A stretch of DNA of 64,000 nucleotides, taken from the NCBI GenBank assembly GCA_965203485.1, contig OZ241892.1, forward strand, positions 1,856,001 to 1,920,000, in the 5' to 3' direction. The notes under the pieces were generated by a model. It was not told where the DNA came from and made no database searches. It saw only the letters and a program-made list of their open reading frames with translations. Source of the stretch: Longimicrobiales bacterium. Lineage in GTDB: Bacteria > Gemmatimonadota > Gemmatimonadetes > Longimicrobiales > Gaopeijiaceae. Shown here one piece after another: positions 19,090 through 27,853 of this stretch; positions within the stretch are counted from its first letter, which is position 1, and each line of letters starts with the position of its first letter. A program made the translations under genes and the position numbers.

Positions 19090-19731
19090 CTACAAGCCGC
19101 CCCGCGACGCGAGCACGCCGGTTGCGCCGTCGATGACGAACTGCACGCCGACCACCATCACCAGCAACCCCATGATCCGCACGACCACGTTCAGCGTAGT
19201 CCGTCCCAATGCGCCCAACAGCGTCGGCGCGAGCAGCAGCAGGGGCAACGTCACGCCGCCCACCAGCACCGCCGCAACGTGGACCGAGACGATCTGCACC
19301 GCGTTGGCCGCCTCGCCGGTCAGCGCGATCATCGTCACGATCGTGCCGGGTCCGGACAGCGTCGGCAGGCCCAGCGGAATGATCGCCGTCGTGTTGCGCT
19401 GGGCGGCTTCGTCCTGTTCCTGGCGCGTGGTCTTCAGGCGCGACCGCTTGGCCTGGAGCATGTCCGTGCCGACGCCGAAGAAGATGATCCCGGCGGCGAT
19501 CTGAAACGCCTCGGTGGTGATGCCGAAGAACGTCAGGATCGCCGGACCGGCCGCGCCGAACGCCACCATCACGACGACCGACGCCACAACCCCGATCACG
19601 GCGGTGATGCGCCGGTCCCGGTTGCTGTCCTCCTCCGTGAGCGACACGAAGATCGGCATCGCGCTGACGGGATTGTACACGACCAGCAACGACGTGAACG
19701 CGATGACCGCGAAGGCGAGATCGTCTTGCAT
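19090..19731 (-). CDS. marC: MarC family integral membrane protein
   Basis: Motifs NP....PIF, FGIT..AFQIAAGI, PLGLP...GPG, RIMGLL. Confidence 0.9.
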   Translation of the reverse strand: MQDDLAFAVIAFTSLLVVYNPVSAMPIFVSLTEEDSNRDRRITAVIGVVASVVVMVAFGAAGPAILTFFGITTEAFQIAAGIIFFGVGTDMLQAKRSRLKTTRQEQDEAAQRNTTAIIPLGLPTLSGPGTIVTMIALTGEAANAVQIVSVHVAAVLVGGVTLPLLLLAPTLLGALGRTTLNVVVRIMGLLVMVVGVQFVIDGATGVLASRGGL

Positions 19732-19769
19732 GGCGCTCGGGCGGCGCTGCGGCCGCTCCCGGGTTGCGG

Positions 19770-20381
19770 CTAGGCGCCGAAGTTCTCCCCGGCGACTGTC
19801 CAGTTAACCACGTTCCAGAAGGCGGCCACGTAGTCCGGGCGGCGGTTCTGGTACTTCAGATAGTAGGCGTGCTCCCATACGTCCACGCCTACCACCGGGA
19901 TTCGGCCTTCCATCGCCGGCGTGTCCTGGTTGGCCGTCGAAGATACCGCAAGCGAGCCGTCCGGGCCGCGGGAGAGCCACGCCCAGCCCGATCCGAAGCG
20001 CGTGGCGGCCGCCTTCGCGAACTCGCTCTTGAAGTCGTCGAGGCTCCCGAAGGTTCGGTCGATCGCCCCCGCCAGCGCACCCGTGGGCTCGCCCGCTCCG
20101 CCGGGCGCGAGCAACTTCCAGAAGAAGGCGTGGTTGACGCAGCCGCCGCCGTTGTTGCGCACGGCGGTGCGAATCGCGTCCGGGAGCGCGCCGAGATCGC
20201 TCACGAGCTCGCCGGCGGACTTGCCGTGCAGGTCGGGGCGGCCCTCCAGCGCGGCGTTCAGGTTGGCCGTGTAGGCGGCGTGGTGCTTGCCGTGGTGGAT
20301 CTCCATGGTGCGGGCGTCGATGTGCGGCTCGAGCGCGTCGTGAGCGTAGCCCAGGTCGGGAAGCTGGAACGGGTAGGCCAT
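19770..20381 (-). CDS. sodA: Fe/Mn superoxide dismutase
   Basis: Motifs [37 protein letters not shown]. Confidence 0.95.
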   Translation of the reverse strand: MAYPFQLPDLGYAHDALEPHIDARTMEIHHGKHHAAYTANLNAALEGRPDLHGKSAGELVSDLGALPDAIRTAVRNNGGGCVNHAFFWKLLAPGGAGEPTGALAGAIDRTFGSLDDFKSEFAKAAATRFGSGWAWLSRGPDGSLAVSSTANQDTPAMEGRIPVVGVDVWEHAYYLKYQNRRPDYVAAFWNVVNWTVAGENFGA

Positions 20382-21720
20382 GAGGCGTGCGTCTCCATCT
20401 GGAGGGGGGAAGAACGGGCGAGGGACGGGCCGGCCCCGCGTTAGGTTTGCGGAGCGAGCACGGAGGTGGAACCTGTCGAATTCAGCCCCCCGCCGGCAAG
20501 GCCCCAAGCGCATCCTGCTGGCCGACTGCGACGCCTTCTTCGTGCAGGTCGCGCGCCTGGAGAACCCGGACGGCGCCGGCCGGGAGCCCTTTCTGCTCGT
20601 GGGCGGATCGAGCGCCCGCGGCGTGGTCACTTCGGCGTCGTACCGAGCGCGGGCCAAGGGCGTGCGGTCGGGGATGCCGACGGCCAGGGCGAGGAAGCTG
20701 TGTCCGGAGGCCGTCGTGGTCCCGGTGCCGCGGGCCGCGTGCGTCGAGCGCAGCCGAGCGGTGCGGGGCGTCCTGTCCGAACATGCTCCCGTCGTGCAGC
20801 CTGCCTCCATCGACGAGTTCTACCTCGACATGAGCGGGACCGAGCGGATGCTGGGCGACGAGGAACTGGCGGCCACGGCGGACCGCATCCGGCGGGCGGT
20901 GCGGGCGGGCGCGGGGGTGTCGGTGTCGGTGGGGGGCGGAACGCAGAGGGTCGTCGCCAAGATGGCGGCGGGCGTGGCGAAGCCCGGCGGGGTGCACGTG
21001 GTGCCGCCGGGCGGCGAGGCGGCGTTCATGGCCGGGTTCGACCTCGAGGATCTGCCGGGCGTGGGGCCGGCGTTCGCGGCGCGGCTGGAGCGGCGCGGAC
21101 TGCGCGCGGTGGCGGACGCCGCCGCCGTGGAGCGGGAGTGGCTGGTGCGGTGGTTCGGCGAGCCGCGCGGGCAGTGGCTCTGGGAGCGGGCGCGCGGAAT
21201 CGATCCCAGCGAAGTCGACGCCGCCGAGCGCAGGAAGTCGGTCAGCTCGGAGCGAACGTTCTTCGAGGACGTGCACGACGACGACGAGCTGGAGCGGCGG
21301 TTGCTGGCTCTGTGCTGCTCGGTAGGACGCCAGCTGCGCGCAGGGGACCTCCGGGCCCGCACCGTCACCGTCAAGATTCGCGATCACGACTTCAAGACGC
21401 GCCAAGCAGCCAGCACGCAGCCGGAAGGGGGCGAGACCGACCGCGGCCTCTTCGCGATCGCCGCGTCCCTGTTGCGCGAACTCAGAAGCCGGCGCCGCGC
21501 CGGCGTCCGCCTCGTGGGCGTGGGCGCCACCAACCTCGTGCGCCAATCCGAGGGACGGCAGACGGAAATCTTCCGCCGCGAAGGCGGCCGGGAGTCCGAC
21601 AAGGAACGCGACGCCGCGCGCGCCGCCGACCGAATCCGTTCCCGCTACGGACGGAGCGCGCTGGCTCCCGCCCGGGTCCTGGAGAAGCCGGGCCGCGGCA
21701 ACCGAGGACGGCCGGCCTAG
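20380..21720 (+). CDS. dinB: DNA polymerase IV (Y family); start uncertain, possibly CTG 20473 after GGAGG
   Basis: Motifs [51 protein letters not shown]. Confidence 0.93.
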   Translation: MRRASPSGGGKNGRGTGRPRVRFAERARRWNLSNSAPRRQGPKRILLADCDAFFVQVARLENPDGAGREPFLLVGGSSARGVVTSASYRARAKGVRSGMPTARARKLCPEAVVVPVPRAACVERSRAVRGVLSEHAPVVQPASIDEFYLDMSGTERMLGDEELAATADRIRRAVRAGAGVSVSVGGGTQRVVAKMAAGVAKPGGVHVVPPGGEAAFMAGFDLEDLPGVGPAFAARLERRGLRAVADAAAVEREWLVRWFGEPRGQWLWERARGIDPSEVDAAERRKSVSSERTFFEDVHDDDELERRLLALCCSVGRQLRAGDLRARTVTVKIRDHDFKTRQAASTQPEGGETDRGLFAIAASLLRELRSRRRAGVRLVGVGATNLVRQSEGRQTEIFRREGGRESDKERDAARAADRIRSRYGRSALAPARVLEKPGRGNRGRPA

Positions 21721-21724
21721 CGCG

Positions 21725-23458
21725 TCACTCCTTCTCGTTCAGCCACGGCTTGCGCTCGAAGTAGTCGCGCGTCATCTCCACCACCTTCGGCGCCAGCAGG
21801 GCCAACGCGATCAGGTTGGGCCAGATGACGATCGCCAGCAGCACGTCGCCCAAGTCCCACACTGCGTCCAGCGACGCGCGGGCTCCGAGGAAGTGGAACA
21901 GGACGAACAGCACCTTGTACGGCACGATGGCCTTCGCGCCGAACAGGTAGTTCGCGCAACGGTCCCCGTAGTAGCTCCAGGCGATCGCCGTCGATATGCC
22001 GAACAGCAGCACCGAGAGGATGACGATGTAGTGGCCCCAGTCGCCCAGCGGCGAGAGGCCGCGACGGAACGCCGCCATGGTCATGGGCGCGCCGCTTTCG
22101 ACCGCCAGTCCGTGAAGCGCCGCGTGGGTTCGTCCGTCGTCGCCTCGGGCCATGCCCGCCACCGGATCGATCGCGCCGGTGAACGGCTCGGCGTGCTCCG
22201 CGTCCACGAACAGCCGCTCGACCGGCACCTCGTGCCACGACACCTGCGGATCCGCGGGGCCGGTGGCCGCGTGGAGGCCGTCCTCGATGCGGATTTCGGC
22301 GACCGGCGTCACCTCCAGGTAGTTCCCGTCCAGCTGGACCGCCCGGTACGACAAGTCTCCGCCCTCCAACGTGATCTCGGTCTCGAAGCGCGCGTTCCAG
22401 ACGCCCGTCATGACGACCAGGAGACCCGTCAGGGTGCATATCACCAACGTGTCGATGAACGGCTCGAGGAGCGCCACCACGCCCTCGGACACCGGCTCGT
22501 CGGTCTTGGCCGCCGAGTGCGCGATCGGCGCGGACCCCTGGCCGGCCTCGTTGGAGAAGAGGCCGCGCCGCACGCCCCACATGAGCGTCACCAAGAAGGC
22601 GCCGGCCCCGGTTCCGGCCACGCCCGCGGTCGGGTTGAACGCCTCGCTGAAGATCAGCCCGAAGGTGGGAAGGACGTCGCCCGCGTTGAAGATCAGCACC
22701 ACCAGCGCGCCGGTGACGTAGACGACGGCCATCATCGGCGAAAGGATGGCGGTCACGCGCCCGATCCGCTTGATCCCGCCCAGGATCACGGCGCCCACCA
22801 AGCTGGCCGTCACCAGTCCCGTCACCCAAGTGGGGATGCCGAACTGGGTCTCCATGCTGTCGGCCACGGTGTTGGCCTGCACGCCGTTGCCGGTAGCGAA
22901 CGCGGTGAGCCCCAGGACCACGGCGAAGAAGACGGCCATCCACTTCCACCTCGGCCCCAGCCCGCGCTCGATGTAGTACATGGGGCCGCCCGACACCGTG
23001 CCCGCCCTCAACCCCTCGTGCTCGGTCACGCGGTACTTCTGCGCGAGCGTCACCTCGGCGTACTTGGTGGCCATGCCCAGGGCCGCGGTCACCCACATCC
23101 AGAACAAGGCTCCGGGGCCGCCCCAGTGAATCGCCAACGCCACGCCGGCGATGTTGCCGATGCCGACCGTCGCGGACAGGGCCGTCGAAAGCGCCTGGAA
23201 GTGCGTGACGTCGCCTTCGTCGTTCGGGTCGTCGTACTTGCCCGTGGCCACCGCCGCGCCGTGGCGCAGACGCTTGACCTGCACGAAGCCCAGCCGGAGC
23301 GTGAGGTATCCGCCGATCCCCAGCAGCAGAATCACCATGAAGGGGATGTTCTCGCCGCCGATGGAGATTCCGCGCTCGACGACATGTCGTCCGAGGAAGT
23401 CGGTCAGGCGCCCGATTTGGTCGGCGAGGAGGCCGGTGATGCGTCCGTAAAGCTCCAT
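21725..23458 (-). CDS. Sodium:alanine/glycine symporter (AgcS/AlsT family)
   Basis: Motifs ALSATVGIGNIAGVA, GGPGALFWMW, GGPMYY, RGLFSNEAGQGSAP, EPFIDTLVIC, WSYYG. Confidence 0.93.
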   Translation of the reverse strand: MELYGRITGLLADQIGRLTDFLGRHVVERGISIGGENIPFMVILLLGIGGYLTLRLGFVQVKRLRHGAAVATGKYDDPNDEGDVTHFQALSTALSATVGIGNIAGVALAIHWGGPGALFWMWVTAALGMATKYAEVTLAQKYRVTEHEGLRAGTVSGGPMYYIERGLGPRWKWMAVFFAVVLGLTAFATGNGVQANTVADSMETQFGIPTWVTGLVTASLVGAVILGGIKRIGRVTAILSPMMAVVYVTGALVVLIFNAGDVLPTFGLIFSEAFNPTAGVAGTGAGAFLVTLMWGVRRGLFSNEAGQGSAPIAHSAAKTDEPVSEGVVALLEPFIDTLVICTLTGLLVVMTGVWNARFETEITLEGGDLSYRAVQLDGNYLEVTPVAEIRIEDGLHAATGPADPQVSWHEVPVERLFVDAEHAEPFTGAIDPVAGMARGDDGRTHAALHGLAVESGAPMTMAAFRRGLSPLGDWGHYIVILSVLLFGISTAIAWSYYGDRCANYLFGAKAIVPYKVLFVLFHFLGARASLDAVWDLGDVLLAIVIWPNLIALALLAPKVVEMTRDYFERKPWLNEKE

Positions 23459-23815
23459 TGGCCGGGAAGCTCCTTGGGGGTAACGTGCGGCGGGAGGACG
23501 GTTCGGCCGCTGCCCCGGCGGGGCACGGCGCGAGCAACCCGGGGAAGCTACCGCAACCGACCCACTGCGGACAGGCCAGGGACCGGCGGAAACGGAGAGC
23601 GACCCTCGCAACGGACGGGCGGCATCTTCGGGCGGCAACCTGCCTCGGCGCCGTGCCGCGAATCACGAAGGCGCTGTCGCCCCGCGGCGGGCACGGGCGG
23701 GACTTTCGGGCGGAGCCCCGAAACCGCCGTTGGAGTTGGAGCGTAGGATGAGCAGCGGCGCCCGCCTCTTGCCGTGGTCCTTCTCGGCCCTCCCCGGTCC
23801 GCGCCGCCGCCAGTC

Positions 23816-25294
23816 ATGCCGCCGCCTCGCCATCCTGCTCTTCGTCGCCGGCCCCGTTGCCGCATCCGGCCCTCGTCCGCGGGGAAGTCGGCCTGCTCGG
23901 CCGCGCGCCGCGCGGCGGCGTGCGCGCTCGCTCTGGCCGCCTTGGCGACCCCCGCGCCAACGCTCGCCGCCCAAGCGCGGGACCGCGAGAGCGCGCCGGG
24001 CGCCGAGGTCGCGGCGGACCGCATCTGGGGACGCGTCCACACACGCGACGGAGGCGAGTACGAGGGCTTCATCGTATGGCGGGGTCGGGGCGTCGGCGAC
24101 GGCGCCTGGACGGACGTGCTCGAAGGCTTCCGGGAAGTTCCCGGCGGATTCCACGAGGCGTGGTTGTCGGCGACCGAACGGACGCGGCCCGTACGGACGA
24201 TCGAGCTGAAGGGATACCGGATATCGTGGGACGAGGAGGATCCCGAGTTCCCTTCGTCCGCCGCGGCGGGCGTCCGCTTTGGACACGTGGCCGAGGTCGA
24301 GGTGGACGGCGACCGATTCCTGGCGAGGCTCCGTCCCGCCGACGGAGAATCCGAGGCGCCGTCCGTCCGCTTCGGCGTCCCGTCGCGGCGTCGCGCGGCT
24401 CTCCAGGTGTTCGATCGGCACGCGGGCGAACGCGAAGTCCCTTGGCGCGATCTGCGGCGGGCGGAGTTCTTTGCGCCGCCGGCGGGCGTCGTCGCGCCGT
24501 CGCGGCGGCTGCACGGCGCCGTCGAGGACCGCTCCGGGCGGACGTTCACCGGCTACGTGGCCTGGGACTCCGACGAAATCCTGGACTCGGAGGCGCTGGA
24601 CGGCTGGGACGAGGACGGCGACGATCGGGAAATCCCCTTCAAGGACGTGCTCTCGATCGAGCGGGACCTGGGGACGACGCGGGTGGCGCTGGCCTCGGGC
24701 GGCGAGCTGGCCCTGTCGGGCACCAACGACGTCGGCAGGGGCAACCGGGGCGCCAGGGTCTTTGATCCGGCTCTCGGGATGGTGCATGTGGAATGGGACG
24801 AGCTGGCGTCTTTGCGTCTGGAGGCGCCATCCGGGGCGACGGCCGCGTACGAGGACTTCGCGGGAAGCTGGCGGCTCGAGGGCAGGGTGGTGACCGAGCA
24901 GGGCGACACGCTCTCGGGGCTCCTGCGGTGGAACGCCGAGCACGAGTGGTCGTGGGAGCTGCTGAGGGGGACCTCGCGGGGCGTGGGGCTCGCGATCGAG
25001 TTCGGCGCCGTGGCGCGCATCGAACGGAAAGCGGCGGGCGCGGCGGTGACGCTGGCCGACGGAAGGGTCTTCGATCTCGAGGCCCCGGCCGACTTGGACT
25101 GGGAGAGCCGCGGCATCTTCGTGCGCGTGAAGAGCGAACCGGGGGCGGCGCAACGAAAGGGTCGCGCCGAAAGCACGGCCGCGCGCGCGGAAAGCGACCC
25201 GGTCGCGGACGGCGCCGACTGGCTCTACGTGCCCTGGAACGAGTTCCGGGAGGCGCAGTTCGTGGCGCCGGCGCCTGGAGGGGACGAGTCTTGA
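23816..25294 (+). CDS. Exported hypothetical protein with three internal repeats; start uncertain
   Basis: Signal-like ALALAALATPAPTLAAQ; three copies of G.V....G....G...W......LxG; codon usage looks coding. Confidence 0.75.
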   Translation: MPPPRHPALRRRPRCRIRPSSAGKSACSAARRAAACALALAALATPAPTLAAQARDRESAPGAEVAADRIWGRVHTRDGGEYEGFIVWRGRGVGDGAWTDVLEGFREVPGGFHEAWLSATERTRPVRTIELKGYRISWDEEDPEFPSSAAAGVRFGHVAEVEVDGDRFLARLRPADGESEAPSVRFGVPSRRRAALQVFDRHAGEREVPWRDLRRAEFFAPPAGVVAPSRRLHGAVEDRSGRTFTGYVAWDSDEILDSEALDGWDEDGDDREIPFKDVLSIERDLGTTRVALASGGELALSGTNDVGRGNRGARVFDPALGMVHVEWDELASLRLEAPSGATAAYEDFAGSWRLEGRVVTEQGDTLSGLLRWNAEHEWSWELLRGTSRGVGLAIEFGAVARIERKAAGAAVTLADGRVFDLEAPADLDWESRGIFVRVKSEPGAAQRKGRAESTAARAESDPVADGADWLYVPWNEFREAQFVAPAPGGDES

Positions 25295-27801
25295 CACGTG
25301 CCGCCCGGCCCAGGCGCCCGCGTTGCGGCCGGCGGCCGTCTCGACCGCTCGCGCGCAACCAGCTCCGGCGCGCGGGAGGCCGCGGCCGGCGGCGCACCCG
25401 AAGTCCGCTCCGCGGGCCAGGCGCCGCGACGGCAACGGCCCTCGCGGCCCTCCTCGCGGCTCCATCTCGTTCCGCCGCCCAAACGGACCCCGCGGCCCCG
25501 GCGTTCGACTCGACCGCGTTTCTCGACCCGGCCGCGCGCCGCCTGCATGCCGCGGCGGCGGCGAACTGGGCCTCGTTGGACGAGTCCGTCGTGCGCTACA
25601 CCGCCCTCGTGGAGCAACGGCTGGCGGCCGCGATCCGCACGCCCCTCAAGGACCGAGTCCTGTACCGAAGCGAGGCCGCCGTCAGAGCGTTCTGGGACCG
25701 CGACCACGATCCCGTCGTGCAGGTGCTCGGCAGCCGCTCGCGATACCCCGGGCGGGACATCGCCATGCGGGAGGGCGACCTCGACTGGCTCGAGGACCTC
25801 CCGTTCGACCGGCCGTTCGAGCCCGGGGGCGACCGGCTCGCGTTCGGCGTCGCCGACGGCGGCGACGAGATGTTCCGCGCGGACGCCGACGACCCGGACG
25901 CGGACCCCGAGAACCCGTTCTGGTTCGCCCATCCGCTGGCGCCCAGGGCCGCCGAGTACTACCAGTTCCGCAGCGGCGACACGCTGACCTTGTCTCTGCC
26001 CGACGGGCGCGCGTTGTCGACGGTGCGGTTGGACGTGCTTCCGCGCGAGGCCGACGTCCACCGAATCGCCGGCGTGCTGTGGATCGAGCCGGAATCGGGA
26101 GCGCTGGTGCGGGCGGTCTACCGGATGAGCCGCAACTTCGACGCGATGCGCGACGTTCCCGAGTTGCAGCGCGAAGACGAAGAGGGCTCCTTCCGCTTCG
26201 TGCCGGGCGTGTTCAAGCCGTGGACGTTCGAACTCGATATGATCGCCGTGAACTACGCGCTGTGGGACTTTCGCGTGTGGTTGCCGCGCAGCATGAGGGT
26301 GGAGGGCGAGGCGGCGGCGGGCATCCTCAAGGTGCCGGTGTCGATGGACGTGGCGTACCGGATGGAATCGGTGACGACGGACGAGGACGAAGCCGCGGAG
26401 GCGGAAGCCGGCAGGACGGAGGCGGAGGCCGGCGCGGCGCGCGAAGCCCGAGGCGGAGAGGGCGGGGCGGGCGAGCCCATGGAGCACGTGCACTTCGCGA
26501 CCCGGGCCGAGGCGTTGCGGTTCATCGGCGAGCTGTTGGCGGAAGACGGCGCCGCCTACGAGCCGCTGGACGATTCCGAAGAAGCCGCGCGGGCCAGAAT
26601 GGCGGTCCTGCTGGCTCCCGCGGATCGCGCGCGCGTGGACGACAGCCCGCATCTCCCACCCCCCATCTGGGACGAGGCGCCCGGCTTCGCGTCGGAGGCC
26701 GAACTCGAGGCGCAGGTGCGGAGCTTGGCGCAGCTGCCGGCCGCTCCGGTCGAGGGAACGGCGTGGTCGGCGGGGCTGGGATGGCTGGGAGGGAGCGGAC
26801 TGCGCTACAACCGGGTCGAAGGACCGGCAGCCGGCGGGGCGGTCGCCGCGGACCTGGGGCGCCGCTTCTCGCTCAAGGCGAACGGGGTGTTCGGGCTGGC
26901 CAACCTGCGGCCCGACGTTCAGGTGGAGTTCGAGCGCTCCACGGCGCTGCGCCGACTGTCGCTGGAGCTGTTCTACGAGTTGCGGGCCACCGACCGAGAG
27001 GGGACCTACCTGGGCCTGGGGAACTCCATGAAGGCCTTCTTTCTGGGCACGGACGAAGGCGACTACTACCGGGCGGCGGGAGCCGCGCTCGCATGGCGTC
27101 CTCCTGCCCTGTCGCGCGAGTCCTTCTCGCTGCGCGTGTTCGGCGAGCGTCATTGGTCGGTCGGGAAGGAGACGAACTTCGCCCTCTTCAAGGCGTTCTC
27201 CGACGGGTGGGCGTTTCGGCCGAACCCGGCGGTGGAGGAGGTCCGCGAGGCAGGCGGCGACTTGCGGCTGGCCCCGTGGTGGGGACGCGATCCGACCGAG
27301 GCGCAAGTGGGGCTGGAAGCGCGGTTGCGCGCGGCCGCGTGGGACGCCGCCGGCCGCGACGGGGCCCCGGGCGACCGCTACGCCGACGCCAGCATGGTCG
27401 TGCGCGCGGCGTTCCCTCTGTCGGGCGGCGAATGGAACGCTTGGAGGCTCGGCGTGGAAGCGGGCGGAGGGACGACTTGGGGCCGGGCGCCGCGGCAACG
27501 CCGCTTCTTCGTTGGAGGACCGCCGACCCTGCGGGGCCACCCGAGAGCCGTCGCGTCGGGAAGATCGTTCCTTCGAGGCCGGCTGGAAGTGGCCCGCACC
27601 TACCACGCGGTCGCTGCCGCCGTCTTCGCGGACGCGGCCTGGGCGGGCGATCGGTCGGGCTTCGACGCGGGCGACTTGCTCTATAGTCTCGGAATTGGCG
27701 CGAGCCTGATGGACGGACTGGTGCGCCTGGACTTTGCCCGCGGACTCAACGGCCCCGATCCGGGGTTCCGGGTGCATCTGACCCTGGATTCGATCCTGTA
27801 G
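25291..27801 (+). CDS. Putative outer-membrane protein (soluble N-terminal region plus C-terminal beta-barrel)
   Basis: TTG 25291 overlaps the upstream TGA and has GGAGG upstream; LRYNRVEG motif, amphipathic strands, C-terminal LRG...FADAAWAG...GLVRLDFARG...VHLTLDSIL. Confidence 0.75.
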   Translation: MTRAARPRRPRCGRRPSRPLARNQLRRAGGRGRRRTRSPLRGPGAATATALAALLAAPSRSAAQTDPAAPAFDSTAFLDPAARRLHAAAAANWASLDESVVRYTALVEQRLAAAIRTPLKDRVLYRSEAAVRAFWDRDHDPVVQVLGSRSRYPGRDIAMREGDLDWLEDLPFDRPFEPGGDRLAFGVADGGDEMFRADADDPDADPENPFWFAHPLAPRAAEYYQFRSGDTLTLSLPDGRALSTVRLDVLPREADVHRIAGVLWIEPESGALVRAVYRMSRNFDAMRDVPELQREDEEGSFRFVPGVFKPWTFELDMIAVNYALWDFRVWLPRSMRVEGEAAAGILKVPVSMDVAYRMESVTTDEDEAAEAEAGRTEAEAGAAREARGGEGGAGEPMEHVHFATRAEALRFIGELLAEDGAAYEPLDDSEEAARARMAVLLAPADRARVDDSPHLPPPIWDEAPGFASEAELEAQVRSLAQLPAAPVEGTAWSAGLGWLGGSGLRYNRVEGPAAGGAVAADLGRRFSLKANGVFGLANLRPDVQVEFERSTALRRLSLELFYELRATDREGTYLGLGNSMKAFFLGTDEGDYYRAAGAALAWRPPALSRESFSLRVFGERHWSVGKETNFALFKAFSDGWAFRPNPAVEEVREAGGDLRLAPWWGRDPTEAQVGLEARLRAAAWDAAGRDGAPGDRYADASMVVRAAFPLSGGEWNAWRLGVEAGGGTTWGRAPRQRRFFVGGPPTLRGHPRAVASGRSFLRGRLEVARTYHAVAAAVFADAAWAGDRSGFDAGDLLYSLGIGASLMDGLVRLDFARGLNGPDPGFRVHLTLDSIL

Positions 27802-27853
27802 GGGAGGCGGGCGCCGCCTGCGCCGGTCCGCCGTCCCGGCGCGCAAGTCGGCG

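Noticed and set aside
23459..23770. Possible glycine riboswitch upstream of the alanine/glycine symporter
   Set aside because: GGAGAG and CGAAGG-like words are on the wrong strand, and I could not build the aptamer on the coding strand.
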